This document shows, in pieces, positions 9,799-19,266 of a stretch of 64,000 nt of DNA. The notes beneath the pieces are model-generated. The model was not told the origin of the DNA. It ran no database searches and was given only the letters and a program-made list of their open reading frames with translations. The position numbers were made by a program, and so were the translations under genes. This stretch comes from Alphaproteobacteria bacterium (GTDB taxonomy: Bacteria; Pseudomonadota; Alphaproteobacteria; MPNO01; UBA830). The number at the start of each line of letters is the position of its first letter. Position 1 is the first letter of the stretch. The DNA is taken from contig OZ251539.1 of assembly GCA_965243135.1 (NCBI GenBank), positions 1,280,001 to 1,344,000 on the forward strand. Direction: 5' to 3'.

Positions 9799-11334
9799 TC
9801 AGGCGGTCTCGCAATCGAAACCGACGACGTTGCGCTCCTCGCGGCTGAACTCCACCCCGATCAGGTGGACCGAACGTCCGAGACGGCGGTACTTGTCCGC
9901 GTAGCCCTTCTCCCGCAGCTGCGCGAGCGCGACCCCCTCCCGCCCGCGCTCCACCACCTTGAACTCGAACAGGTAGACGCGCCCGCCGGCGCGGATCGCC
10001 ATGTCGGCGCGCCCCCGGCTGCCGCTGTCCTCGGCCACCGGCTCGACGCCCTCCATCAGGAAGCAGCTGTGGATGACGCTCGCGTAGTGGGCCTCGTACT
10101 TCGCAACCGGGCTGTTCATGTACCACTGGTGCGGGATGGCGGCGAAAACGCCGCGGAACAGGGTTTCGAGACGCCTGAAGTCGTTCGCCGCCAGCAATTC
10201 GCCCAGCCGCAGGTTCTCCGTCTCCTCGCGGGCCTCGACCGGGAGCAGTTCTTCCAGCAGGGCCTCGCCCAGGCTCTGGCGCACCTCGAGGTTCGGGTAG
10301 TCCAGCCGGTAGCGCCCGTCCTCCTCGCCGGCGATGGTGAGGTAGCCGGTCTGGAACAGAAGCGCCTGGACCGACATCCTGTCCACGTCGAAGGTCGAGA
10401 GCAGGCTCTCGCTGCCGATCATGCCGTCCAGGCGGGGAGTGGGCAGGTCGCGGCGCGCCAGCGTCTCGACCAGGAAGGTCGGCGTGCCGCTCTCGAACCA
10501 GTAGTTGCCGAACCTGCGCTCGGCGAACAGCAGCAGCAGGCCGAACGGGTTGTAGAGCCTCTCCGGCCCGCACCAGTTGTAGCCGTTGTACCAGCGCCGG
10601 ATTTCGTCCCGGTTCAGGCCCTCGAGTTCCGGGGCGAAGACCGTGTCCAGTTCCGCGTCCGTGCAGCCGCAGATGTCCGAGAACTCCGGCGCCAGCGTGA
10701 TGTCGCGCAGGTTGTTCAGGCCCGAGAACAGGCCTGCCTTCGAGAACTTGCTCACCCCCGTCAGGAAGACGAAGCGGAGATGCCTGTCGCAGTCCTTGAT
10801 AACCCCGTACAGGTCGCGCAGGAAGCCGCGGTTGGCCAGCGCCAGTTCCCGGTCGCCGAGCGCGTCCAGGATCGGCTTGTCGTATTCGTCCACCAGCACG
10901 ACCGCCCGCTGCCCGGTGCGCTCGTGCAGTTCGGAGATCAGATGGTGCAGGCGGTCGGAGGCGTCCGGGTAGCCGCATTGGACGCCGGCGCGCTTTTCGG
11001 CGGCGTCGAGCTGCATCATCGCGTTCCTGTGCAGCCGGTCGGGGACGACGAAATTGCGCCCGCCGAAACTGAGCCGCACGACCGGGTAGCGCACTGACCA
11101 GTCCCACTTGCCGTGCACGGCGAGGCCCCGGAACAGCTCCTCGCTTCCTTCGAACAGCTCTTGCAGCGTGTCCACCAGGAGGGTCTTGCCGAACCGGCGC
11201 GGACGCGAGAGGAAATAGTATTTGCCCCTCTCGACGAGGCGGCGCACATGGTCCGTCTTGTCGATGTAGTAGCAGTCCATCCCCCGGATCTCCCGGAGGG
11301 AGGAAAAGCCGATCGGAAGCATGCGTTTCGTCAT
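9799..11334 (-). CDS. AAA-ATPase-like + PD-(D/E)xK nuclease, copy 5
   Basis: Same motifs; most divergent variable cassette (FVVPDRLHRNAMMQLDAAEKRAGVQCGYPDASDRLHHLISE). Confidence 0.9.
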   Translation of the reverse strand: MTKRMLPIGFSSLREIRGMDCYYIDKTDHVRRLVERGKYYFLSRPRRFGKTLLVDTLQELFEGSEELFRGLAVHGKWDWSVRYPVVRLSFGGRNFVVPDRLHRNAMMQLDAAEKRAGVQCGYPDASDRLHHLISELHERTGQRAVVLVDEYDKPILDALGDRELALANRGFLRDLYGVIKDCDRHLRFVFLTGVSKFSKAGLFSGLNNLRDITLAPEFSDICGCTDAELDTVFAPELEGLNRDEIRRWYNGYNWCGPERLYNPFGLLLLFAERRFGNYWFESGTPTFLVETLARRDLPTPRLDGMIGSESLLSTFDVDRMSVQALLFQTGYLTIAGEEDGRYRLDYPNLEVRQSLGEALLEELLPVEAREETENLRLGELLAANDFRRLETLFRGVFAAIPHQWYMNSPVAKYEAHYASVIHSCFLMEGVEPVAEDSGSRGRADMAIRAGGRVYLFEFKVVERGREGVALAQLREKGYADKYRRLGRSVHLIGVEFSREERNVVGFDCETA

Positions 11335-11999
11335 TCGAAGAGGGTAGGCCGCCGCGCCGGAACCGTCAAGAAGTCGGCGGCGGCCGGCTTGTCTTGCGCC
11401 GCGTCCCCTGGCGCGACAAGCAGCCGGCAGTTTCCGCGGCGGTACGGGCGACCGGCGGGGAAAAGCGCGGGGGCGAGCGAACCTGTCGCTCCGCGGAAAT
11501 CCCGCCCCGCCGAGGCGAGCGCGTTCGGCACGCGCAACGCGCGGCCTGGAGGCCGCGGGCGGAAGCGAACGCCGACGGAATGCGCTGCCGCCAAAGGCGA
11601 CGCACGTCGACAACGACGTCGACGCCGGATTCGCGAGTCTCGACGGCAAGGTCGACGCCCTCGCCGCGGAAACCGGGGCCGGCGCAACGCGACGGCAAGC
11701 GCCCTCGCCAGGGAAAGCCGCGCGCAACTAGGACGATTGTCGCGGCAGGCCTCGCCGCCCCTGCGTTGGTTCGCCCCGAAGATCCGCACGCGACGACGAC
11801 ATGCGCCTCAAGCGGCGAAACGCCTGAACGCCAGACAACGGTTCCGTCGAACGAGAGCGTCGTCCGGTCGGGCGAGGCGGACCTCCACCTCCTTGAGCGA
11901 AAAATCTTCCGGCGCGGAAATCTCAGCCGTGACCTGTGAGCAACCGAATCGGTTGGCGAAAGTCAGAGAAAAATGCAGCGCAGTGAAAAAATGTGGAAT

Positions 12000-12454
12000 C
12001 ATGCCGCTACCTTGGCGTGAGATCGTCCTGGGTGGAAAGCGACGGCGTCTTGACGGCCCGGCTTCGGCGCCGCAGCTTGGACGATCACGCTGCGGAACAA
12101 GTGCAGGAATCCTGAAACCCGCCACCGCAACCTGCCGCTGATGGTCAACAACGCCAAAGTCCTGCCTTGGGCAGGAACCTTGCGTCCTATGCCCTCACCC
12201 TGGTCGAACGGCGGTTGCCGGACGACTGGGATCTCCGTTACGCGTCGCGTCCGGTCCCGCCCGAGACCTTCTGCGAAATGCCGCGCTTCGCGGGAACCTG
12301 CTACCGGGCCGCCAGCAAGGTCGGCGCGACCCAGGGCCGCGCGGCAACACCCGGCGCGAACGCGCTCACCCGGTCAAGGATGCTGAAGCCTCTGCGACGG
12401 GACAGGAGACGGATCCTCAAAAAATAGACTGTCACTTGACGAACGAACGCTTAC
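12000..12454 (+). pseudogene. Degenerate DUF4338 (DruA-like) gene ending at an IS66-like right end
   Basis: Fragments RNLPLMVNNA..LPW and NLASYALTLVERRLPDDWDLRY..RPV..ETFCE.PRFAGTCYRAA. CGAACGCTTAC (reverse complement of IS66-type GTAAGCGTTCG) at 12444-12454. Confidence 0.65.
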
Positions 12455-12927
12455 GGTTTGGGTTTCTCAAGAACGATTTATTTCCTGATCGGACGCCTTG
12501 TTATCGGCGTTCTTCAAGCCGAGAGCGCCTATAGCCTTCCGAATATCCTGACGAATACGAATTCCGTCGCGGATACGCGCCAAAAAGCCATAGTCCGGTC
12601 TCTTCGCCGGCACGTCGTCAGGGAACATGTGCACGCAAACAAAGGCATCCCAGAGAGTCTCGTCGCGAGAATCTTGGGGTTCGTCAAATTCCTTATGGAG
12701 TCCGAAGGTCATAACGGAAGGGCCTCCCTGAACGCCGCGCATTTCGCCGTGGCCGTGGAACCTCGAGGGCCGACCAGGGGGATCTCGCCGGAACCATTCT
12801 TCGCGAGCTTTCGGTGACCCTCTGCCGCTGCGCGACCGCGAAATCATCCGAGCACGAAAAGGCTTTCCTGCGTCGATCAATCATGACCAGTATTTACGTT
12901 ATTGACGAGCTGTCAACCAACCCCGGA

Positions 12928-14893
12928 CACGGCTAATTTGTTCTAATTCTGTCGTTGTCCGCCGGGTGCCTTCTGCGAGTGTTTTCGGTCATCCGCAAAT
13001 AGTCCAGAACCAGCCGCGGACTTCGCTGGAGGCGCCGGATGGTGGATGCGACGCAGGCGTTCTTGGCCTTGATCAAGCCGATGGCGAAGCGACGCAACCG
13101 CGTCGTGTTTTCGGGTCCGTAGCCGGTACGGATCCGCTGGCGATCCTCGTCCCAGTTCCAGTCGAGGATGTAGTGACTGCTGTTTTCGACCGTCCAGTGC
13201 CCGCGGTTGAACGCGAGTACCTGTGCCGGGCTGGCGGTGCCGGGAGTGTGGCTGGTATAGATCGTTTCCTTGCTGGTTTTTCCGGTTTTCTTGACGGTCA
13301 CATAACGCTCGATCGCGAAGACTTGGCCAACGTCGGGAAAATCGAGATAGTCGTTGAGATCAGTGGACACCCAGACGGCCCGTTCTTCGATTCGTCCGTG
13401 CCGAAGATCGACATCTTCCCGGAAGTCGGGTTCGCCCCTGTCTTTGAAGAGAAGTTCGATATCGGCCAACAGATTCGGCTGGTTTCCCTTGACGGTAAAG
13501 ACGTAGAAAGCTCCCCGCTCGCCGAGGTAGGCGGCGAGTTTCCGCTGGGTCAGCAGGGCATCGACGGTAAAGGTCTTGCCGGAAATATCCGACGTCATCT
13601 GCTCCAACATGGGGATGACCATGCCGATTTCGTTGGTCTGCTTGACTTCGTCCCCGGTCGGCAGTTTTCCGACCTTTTTCTGAACATGCGTGGCGGACGT
13701 TTGGTGGCCGACGGCGCTGATGACATGGACTTGGTTGCCTTCGTCATCGACGGCACCGCGCAGTGTCTTGCCGTCGATCGCGAAAGCGGAATCTTCGAAG
13801 CCGTAGTCGGCGTTGAAGCGTTGCAGGGCAGCGTCCAGCTTGTCGGGGTCGACCCGCACCAGCACAATAACGCTTGTGCTGGGCACATGATATTTTCCGT
13901 TGCGGTGCCTGCAGCAGAACCTTTCCCGCGCCTTCTCGCCAAGAGACTCCACCCACTCCCCCTTGGCCTTGAGGCTGCGCATGCCGCATAGCGCAGCGGC
14001 GGCGGAAAGCGCCAGTATGGTGGCAAGAGAATGACGCTGACCCTGGCGCCGCCGCGGGTCGGGGATATCCATGAAATATTCCGGCAAGGCGCGCATCATG
14101 CTGGCTTCAATCATGATCTTGGGACCTCCATGACGATAGACGGGGGCAAGTTCAACGGCACTCATCCTTGCTCTGGCGTCGGAGGCCAGAGGACGGACGA
14201 AAACGAGTTTGCGGGTGCTCGGGCTGTAGCCGTCGCGATGGCGGCGAAAGCCGCGCGTGCGCCCAAGGCACTGCCAGTTCGCCGCTTTGTAGACAGTGCC
14301 CGGGAAACGCGCCGGATCGACGAAAGTCTCCAGCAACAACAGCGGGTGGCCGAAGCGTTTGGACCAGTCCGACGCAAGCCGTTGTTCACAAAGCGAAAGC
14401 AGGCGCGACGCCAGGTTCCGGCGATGCCAGCCCGGCAGGATCAGGAACCGGCTGTTGTTGGTCACCAGGTGCAGCCGGTCGTACTGGATGCGGAAATCCC
14501 AACCGATCCAGGCATCCCGCGCACGGCACTTCAGGGCCGGAGAGGAAAAGCTCATCAGAGCGATCCACTCGTCACGCCAACGTGCCACGTACCACAGCGT
14601 TTCGCCGATCTTCGGCAATGCGCCCAGATAATGATGAGCCTGCATCAGGCGCTGAAAGCGTCCCTCGTCGTTCGCAGGCTCGACGACAACTTCATGCAGC
14701 ATGGCAACCTCCAAGAAGTTCCATACTGCCGAATCAGTCCGGGGAAGTCCAGTCCTTCGGGTAACCGCATGATTTAGTGGAATTTCTTCTCCAGCAAAGC
14801 CGGCGTGCGGTTTTCTGACCGGCAGGTAGACCGGATCTGGTACCTAAGATCATGTTAATAAAGAGCTTTTACTCGGAGAATAAATCCGCCGTG
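12928..14893 (-). mobile_element. Complete ISAs1-family insertion sequence (1966 bp) with 17-bp IRs and 10-bp TSD
   Basis: IR CACGGCTAATTTGTTCT (12928-12944) versus reverse complement of 14877-14893, CACGGCGGATTTATTCT (14/17 match). Direct repeat CAACCCCGGA at 12918-12927 and 14894-14903. Confidence 0.92.
12933..14702 (-). CDS. ISAs1-family DDE transposase with fused N-terminal DUF4338 (DruA-like) domain
   Basis: N-terminal HHYLG, RDAWIGW, NNSRFLILP, NLASRLL, LLETFVDP.RF.GT.YKAANW. C-terminal IPDPRR, AIDGKTLRG, NEI, DALLTQR, VKGNQP, HGRIEER, RGHWTVEN..H..LD...ED. GGAGG upstream of ATG 14702. Confidence 0.9.
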   Translation of the reverse strand: MLHEVVVEPANDEGRFQRLMQAHHYLGALPKIGETLWYVARWRDEWIALMSFSSPALKCRARDAWIGWDFRIQYDRLHLVTNNSRFLILPGWHRRNLASRLLSLCEQRLASDWSKRFGHPLLLLETFVDPARFPGTVYKAANWQCLGRTRGFRRHRDGYSPSTRKLVFVRPLASDARARMSAVELAPVYRHGGPKIMIEASMMRALPEYFMDIPDPRRRQGQRHSLATILALSAAAALCGMRSLKAKGEWVESLGEKARERFCCRHRNGKYHVPSTSVIVLVRVDPDKLDAALQRFNADYGFEDSAFAIDGKTLRGAVDDEGNQVHVISAVGHQTSATHVQKKVGKLPTGDEVKQTNEIGMVIPMLEQMTSDISGKTFTVDALLTQRKLAAYLGERGAFYVFTVKGNQPNLLADIELLFKDRGEPDFREDVDLRHGRIEERAVWVSTDLNDYLDFPDVGQVFAIERYVTVKKTGKTSKETIYTSHTPGTASPAQVLAFNRGHWTVENSSHYILDWNWDEDRQRIRTGYGPENTTRLRRFAIGLIKAKNACVASTIRRLQRSPRLVLDYLRMTENTRRRHPADNDRIRTN

Positions 14894-15502
14894 CAACCCC
14901 GGACCGCCACACAGGCTGTCGGCAGCGCGCGGGCATTATCGGGGTGGGTTGGCCGACGAGTTATGACGCTACTGCGGAAAATTCTTCTCTTCCCCGGGTG
15001 GGTGCATCTCTATTTTTGCCAAACACTTGTTTTTATTTACGGAATCAGGAGTTCCGCCACCGCGACGGCGTTCAGCGTGTCGTTCGCGGCTCCAGTGGCC
15101 ATGCCGACTCGAAGCGACCCGACCAACGCTCTTCGGGATCCTCCCGTTCGGCCCCTTCGAAGGCCGCGAATTTCCCGCACGCCTCTTGCAGCGCGAGCAA
15201 GTGCAGGGCCTCGCGCAGTCGGCTGCCGTGCAGCGGGCGCACGACCGTTCCCAACCGGTACAGGCGCTTGCGCCGGTAGTCGGCGGCGCGCGGTCGTCAG
15301 GGTCGCCTGCAAATGTACGGCAGCTCCGTAGGGACGTTCCCGAGGGACCGGAAAGAAGAACTATCACCGGATTGCTCCCTCGTCGGCGCGACTTCCCGCC
15401 ATGCGGTTCGAATCGCTTGCGGCCCGACAGCCGCCAAGGGCATATTGAAACCGGACTGAAGCTGGCACGCGTTTAATCGGAGGGTCTTTCCTCCGCCGAC
15501 GC

Positions 15503-16606
15503 ATGAAAGGTAAGAAGACGATGCCTGACACGGGATCCCCCGCGATCGAAGACGACGATCTGATACAGGGCGAAGACGCGAGCGACGATGAAATCGCTGA
15601 CCCGGTTCGCTACATCATAACGAGTTACGGGGCGGACATGCCGGTCGACGGGCTCATAAAGCGCTTTGACAATGGAGACGTCTTCATCCCGGACTTTCAG
15701 AGGAACTTTGTCTGGACATTGGCGCAGGCTTCACGTTTCATCGAATCCCTTCTTCTGGGACTTCCGGTTCCCGGAATTTTCCTGTTCAAGGAACCGGATA
15801 CGCAAAAATTGATGGTCGTCGATGGGCAGCAGAGGCTGCAAAGCCTGAAAAAATTTTATGAAGGGAACTTTGCGGAAAAGAGATTCAAGTTGATCGGAGT
15901 CTCGCCGGAATTCGGCAACAAAACGTACCAGGATCTTTCCTCACCTGATCGGCTTCGTTTCGATGATTCAATTATGCACGCAACCATATTCCAGCAGGCA
16001 GATCCCAGTAATGATCGAAGCTCAATATATTCAGTTTTCGAACGTTTGAATACGGGCGGGACACCTCTCACTCCTCAAGAGATTCGGGCGTGCGTGTACA
16101 GAGGAAAGCTCGACAAGATGTTATCGGAATTTGCAGACAATCCCTCGTGGAGAGAGTTATACGGTAAGAGGAACATTCGGAAAAAGGGCGAAGAGATCAT
16201 TTTGCGCTTCTTTTCTCTCTATTTCGATCTCGAAAAATACGAGCGTCCGATGAAGCGATTTCTGAATCTGTTCATGGAAGAGAATCGCGAACCAGACAGG
16301 GATCGGGAGGACGAGCTCCGCAAACTGTTCACAAGGACAGTGGGTGTCGCTGCGGACGTTCTCACGAAGGAAGCGTTTCGTCCAGAAGGGGCTTTCAACG
16401 TTGCGGTCGCGGACGCTACATTGGTGGGCTTGGCGCACAGGTTGCAAAGTGGCGATGTCCGGGATCGCGTCTCCTTGAAATCTCGCCATGACGAGTTGTT
16501 GAGGCGATTGCGGCAGGAAAATCTGCATAAAGTGAGCACTGCCGACAAAGATCGCGTCTTGAGGCGCATTGAATACGCGCGTAAATGTTATGGGTCAGTT
16601 CAATGA
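15503..16606 (+). CDS. DUF262 (ParB/GmrS-like) domain protein
   Basis: PDFQRNFVW, SRFIESLLLGLPVP, VVDGQQRL, FERLNTGG..LT.QEIR motifs. Confidence 0.9.
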   Translation: MKGKKTMPDTGSPAIEDDDLIQGEDASDDEIADPVRYIITSYGADMPVDGLIKRFDNGDVFIPDFQRNFVWTLAQASRFIESLLLGLPVPGIFLFKEPDTQKLMVVDGQQRLQSLKKFYEGNFAEKRFKLIGVSPEFGNKTYQDLSSPDRLRFDDSIMHATIFQQADPSNDRSSIYSVFERLNTGGTPLTPQEIRACVYRGKLDKMLSEFADNPSWRELYGKRNIRKKGEEIILRFFSLYFDLEKYERPMKRFLNLFMEENREPDRDREDELRKLFTRTVGVAADVLTKEAFRPEGAFNVAVADATLVGLAHRLQSGDVRDRVSLKSRHDELLRRLRQENLHKVSTADKDRVLRRIEYARKCYGSVQ

Positions 16607-17062
16607 CCGTTCGAGACAGCCAAACCCTGAAAATCGCGATCAATTCCGCACATGAGGGGGCGAACGGTCTTTCGGACGAAAGCCAGACTTTCTCAACTAA
16701 CGACGGTCTTGATTTCCGGCTATCTCGAAGTCATTTGTAGAGACGTTCTGTTAACGTATGTTGAGAGAACATCCGACAAGGGCGTGGCGAGGTTCGTTGG
16801 CAAAAGACTTAAAAGAATTCGCAGTCCTGAGGCTAGCAACATTCTGGAATTGGTCAGATCATTCGATGAAGAACGCGCCGACGAATTGAAGAAATTTCTT
16901 GACGGAGAGATTAAAGAAAGTGTTGATAGCGTGGTTAATTTACGGCATCAAATAGCGCATGGGCGATCGACAGGTACGACCATCGAAACCACAAAGAAGC
17001 AATTTGACGACTCTCAAAAGCTTGAAGAAAAGTTGAGAGAATTGTTTGCTGTAGCGGCGTAA
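16603..17062 (+). CDS. HEPN-domain protein (RiboL-PSP/MAE_28990-like), probable frameshift near 16690
   Basis: ISGYLE and VNLRHQIAHG (RxxxxH). ATGA overlap with the DUF262 stop at 16603, but that ATG is out of frame with the 16652..17062 ORF. Confidence 0.8.
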
Positions 17063-17645
17063 CGCCTGGGTTACCGCCTCCATGAGGATCGCCGCCTCAT
17101 TGAAGCCGCGTTTCCGTTCAAGCGGGCGTCTCTGGATGCGTTGCATGAGAAGAACGTGCGGCACGGGCATGTTTCAATACCGCACGTCCGGCCGGCGCGG
17201 CGTCCGCTTCCGGCGGCGACCACGCAGTTGCGTACAGGGTAATGCGGAGATGCGGCCAAAAAGGGCGGGGCAGGGGTCTTTTAACTCCTCGTTGTTGGGT
17301 CCTTGAGCATGTCGTCGTTCCGCAGCCCCGGTAGATTTGAACGTAAGCCTTGATGTAGCCGTGGATGGTCCAGGGCAGCTGCTCGCGTTGGGATGAAGCC
17401 CGCGAGCCGCTTCACCACGAAGATCCTGGCGCCGAGGTTTGGGGCAGCGCCCTGCTCTTGCCTCGTTCGGCGAGGTCGAGCGCCGTGATTTCATCTTCGT
17501 TCGCGACTTCGGCGGCCGAAGCGTCGGGCCAGTCCCGCGCCAAGCGCTGGAGGTCGAACACCTTGCAGCCGGTGCAGGCGTCGAAGGCGATGCACTTTCG
17601 GGCGGCGTCGCCGAACGGTGGTCTTCGATGTCCGTGCCGGACTTA

Positions 17646-18929
17646 GGGATCTCGCCAAAATAAGATATCTATTCAGGTTGGTTTATTCTATGCTATAATT
17701 TGTGTCATGGAGAACCCCGTGGCACAAATGGTTCGGGCCAAGTTCGTCGCGTTGAAGCCTTTATTCGACGAGCGAACGCGGCGGCGTTGGGCGGCGACGG
17801 AGGCGCGCGCGATCGGTCGCGGCGGCATCGCGCGTGTCGCCGAAGCGACGGGAATGTCGAGAACGACCATCAAGGCCGGGATCGAGGAACTCGACCAGCC
17901 GATGGAAGGCGGACGGATACGTGGTCCGGGCGGAGGCCGGAAGCCGCTCGTTGAGCACGACCCGGATCTTCTGGTTGCTCTTGAGAAGATGGTGGACCCG
18001 GCGACGCGCGGCGACCCGTCGGAACCGTTGCGCTGGACGTGCAGCAGCGCCTCTCGATTGGCGGAGGAGCTTCGGGCGGCCGGGCATCCGGTCAGCGAGC
18101 GGACGGTGAACCGGATGCTTCACCATGCGGGCTACAGCCTGCAGGCCAACCGGAAAACGCTGGAAGGCAACCAGCATCCTGACCGGGATGCGCAATTCAA
18201 GTACATCAACCGGCGTGTGAAGGCTTTTCAAAAGTTGGGTCAGCCGATCGTATCGGTTGATGCGAAAAAGAAGGAACTCGTTGGAAAATATAAGAATAAT
18301 GGCAAGGAGTGGAAGCGCAAGGGGCGGCCCGAAGCTGTCAACGTTCATGATTTTCCGGACAAGGATCTCGGGAAGGCGATCCCTTATGGCATTTACGATT
18401 TGACGAACGATACGGGGTGGGTGAGCGTCGGCGTCGATCATGACACGGCGACATTCGCGGTCGAGACGTTGCGCCGATGGTGGCGCAAGATGGGCAGCCA
18501 GGTCTATCCTGGGGCGCGCCGCTTGCTGATTACGGCCGATGGTGGCGGTTCGAACGGCAGCCGCAACCGCTTGTGGAAATGGGAGTTGCAAAAGCTCGCT
18601 GACGACACCAAGCTTCAGGTCTGCGTTTGTCACTTTCCGCCCGGCACAAGCAAGTGGAACAAAATCGAGCACCGAATGTTTTGCCACATCACCCAGAACT
18701 GGCGCGGTCGCCCGCTGACAAGTCACGAGGTGATTGTGAACCTCATCGGCCATACGACGACGAAAAGCGGCTTGGCGCTCCGGTCCGAGTTGGACGAAAA
18801 CAGCTACCCGACCGGGCAGCCGGTGACGGATGAACAGATGGCTTCCCTGTCTCTCGAGAGAGACAATTTTCACGGGGAATGGAATTACCGCTTCTCGCCA
18901 AAATAAACAATTTATTTTGGCGAGAGACC
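17646..18929 (+). mobile_element. Complete ISAzo13-family IS (1284 bp), 18-bp IRs, 3-bp TSD TTA
   Basis: GGGATCTCGCCAAAATAA at 17646 versus reverse complement of 18912-18929, GGTCTCTCGCCAAAATAA. TTA at 17643-17645 and 18930-18932. Confidence 0.9.
17707..18906 (+). CDS. ISAzo13-family transposase
   Basis: DERTRRRWAA.EA, TRGDP..PLRWT, GYSLQANRK, SVDAKKKELVG, KAIPYGIYD, LLITADGGGSN, HFPPGTSKWNKIEHR, FHGEWNY. Confidence 0.95.
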   Translation: MENPVAQMVRAKFVALKPLFDERTRRRWAATEARAIGRGGIARVAEATGMSRTTIKAGIEELDQPMEGGRIRGPGGGRKPLVEHDPDLLVALEKMVDPATRGDPSEPLRWTCSSASRLAEELRAAGHPVSERTVNRMLHHAGYSLQANRKTLEGNQHPDRDAQFKYINRRVKAFQKLGQPIVSVDAKKKELVGKYKNNGKEWKRKGRPEAVNVHDFPDKDLGKAIPYGIYDLTNDTGWVSVGVDHDTATFAVETLRRWWRKMGSQVYPGARRLLITADGGGSNGSRNRLWKWELQKLADDTKLQVCVCHFPPGTSKWNKIEHRMFCHITQNWRGRPLTSHEVIVNLIGHTTTKSGLALRSELDENSYPTGQPVTDEQMASLSLERDNFHGEWNYRFSPK

Positions 18930-19266
18930 TTAAGCGCCTTGAAATACTCCGCGCCGTTCGTACTGCTTGCGCATCGCACTTTTCAACTCGCCCTCCGCAG
19001 CGAGCGGCAGCCAGTCGAGAGCCTCCGGTCCTGCGGGCGAGCGTGGAGAGAGGCGCGCCGCCGATCCCGTCGCCGGGCAGCGCCGGCCGGACGCGGGCTG
19101 CGCGGCACCCCACGAAGGGCCATCTTGATCCTTCGCCTCGCACCTGCGGCGGAAAACGGATCTCTCGTCGTGAACGCCCGGCTCTTCCCGCACCGCGCCG
19201 GCACCACGCTCAAAAGCGGAAATACCCCTCCTGGTCGGCGGATCGCTGGTCGATGGTCGGCGTCCT

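Larger units (their letters stand above)
1..11370 (-). repeat. Tandem array of ~2.2-2.3 kb units (AAA-PDDEXK gene + ~660-790 bp conserved spacer); 5 complete genes, continues off the left edge
   Basis: Near-identical genes recur at 767, 2957, 5178, 7476 and 9799. Bases 1-120 match the upstream flank of copy 1 (about 2347-2470), implying another copy to the left of the window. Confidence 0.95.
17320..19240 (-). pseudogene. Degenerate IS4-family transposase interrupted by ISAzo13
   Basis: Across the insertion the minus strand reads LDWL...YERR..EYFKAL|KSGTDIED...RKCIAFDA...RLAGFIPT (IS4 YREK-like signature and C-terminal region). Confidence 0.7.

Noticed and set aside
506-11097. Very long plus-strand ORFs (e.g. 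1886..5227, 4857..7178, 7350..9848) and alternative-frame minus ORFs
   Set aside because: They are antisense or off-frame shadows of the GC-rich AAA-PDDEXK genes, with no motifs of their own.
767-11334. Diversity-generating retroelement or shufflon explanation for the variable cassette
   Set aside because: No reverse transcriptase, template repeat or adjacent invertase is seen. The differences are block-wise and do not appear adenine-restricted.
12458-12884. Overlapping short ORFs on both strands
   Set aside because: No recognisable motif; I cannot decide which, if any, is real.
12000-14714. Druantia system
   Set aside because: The DUF4338 domains are IS-associated; no DruE helicase or other dru genes are present.
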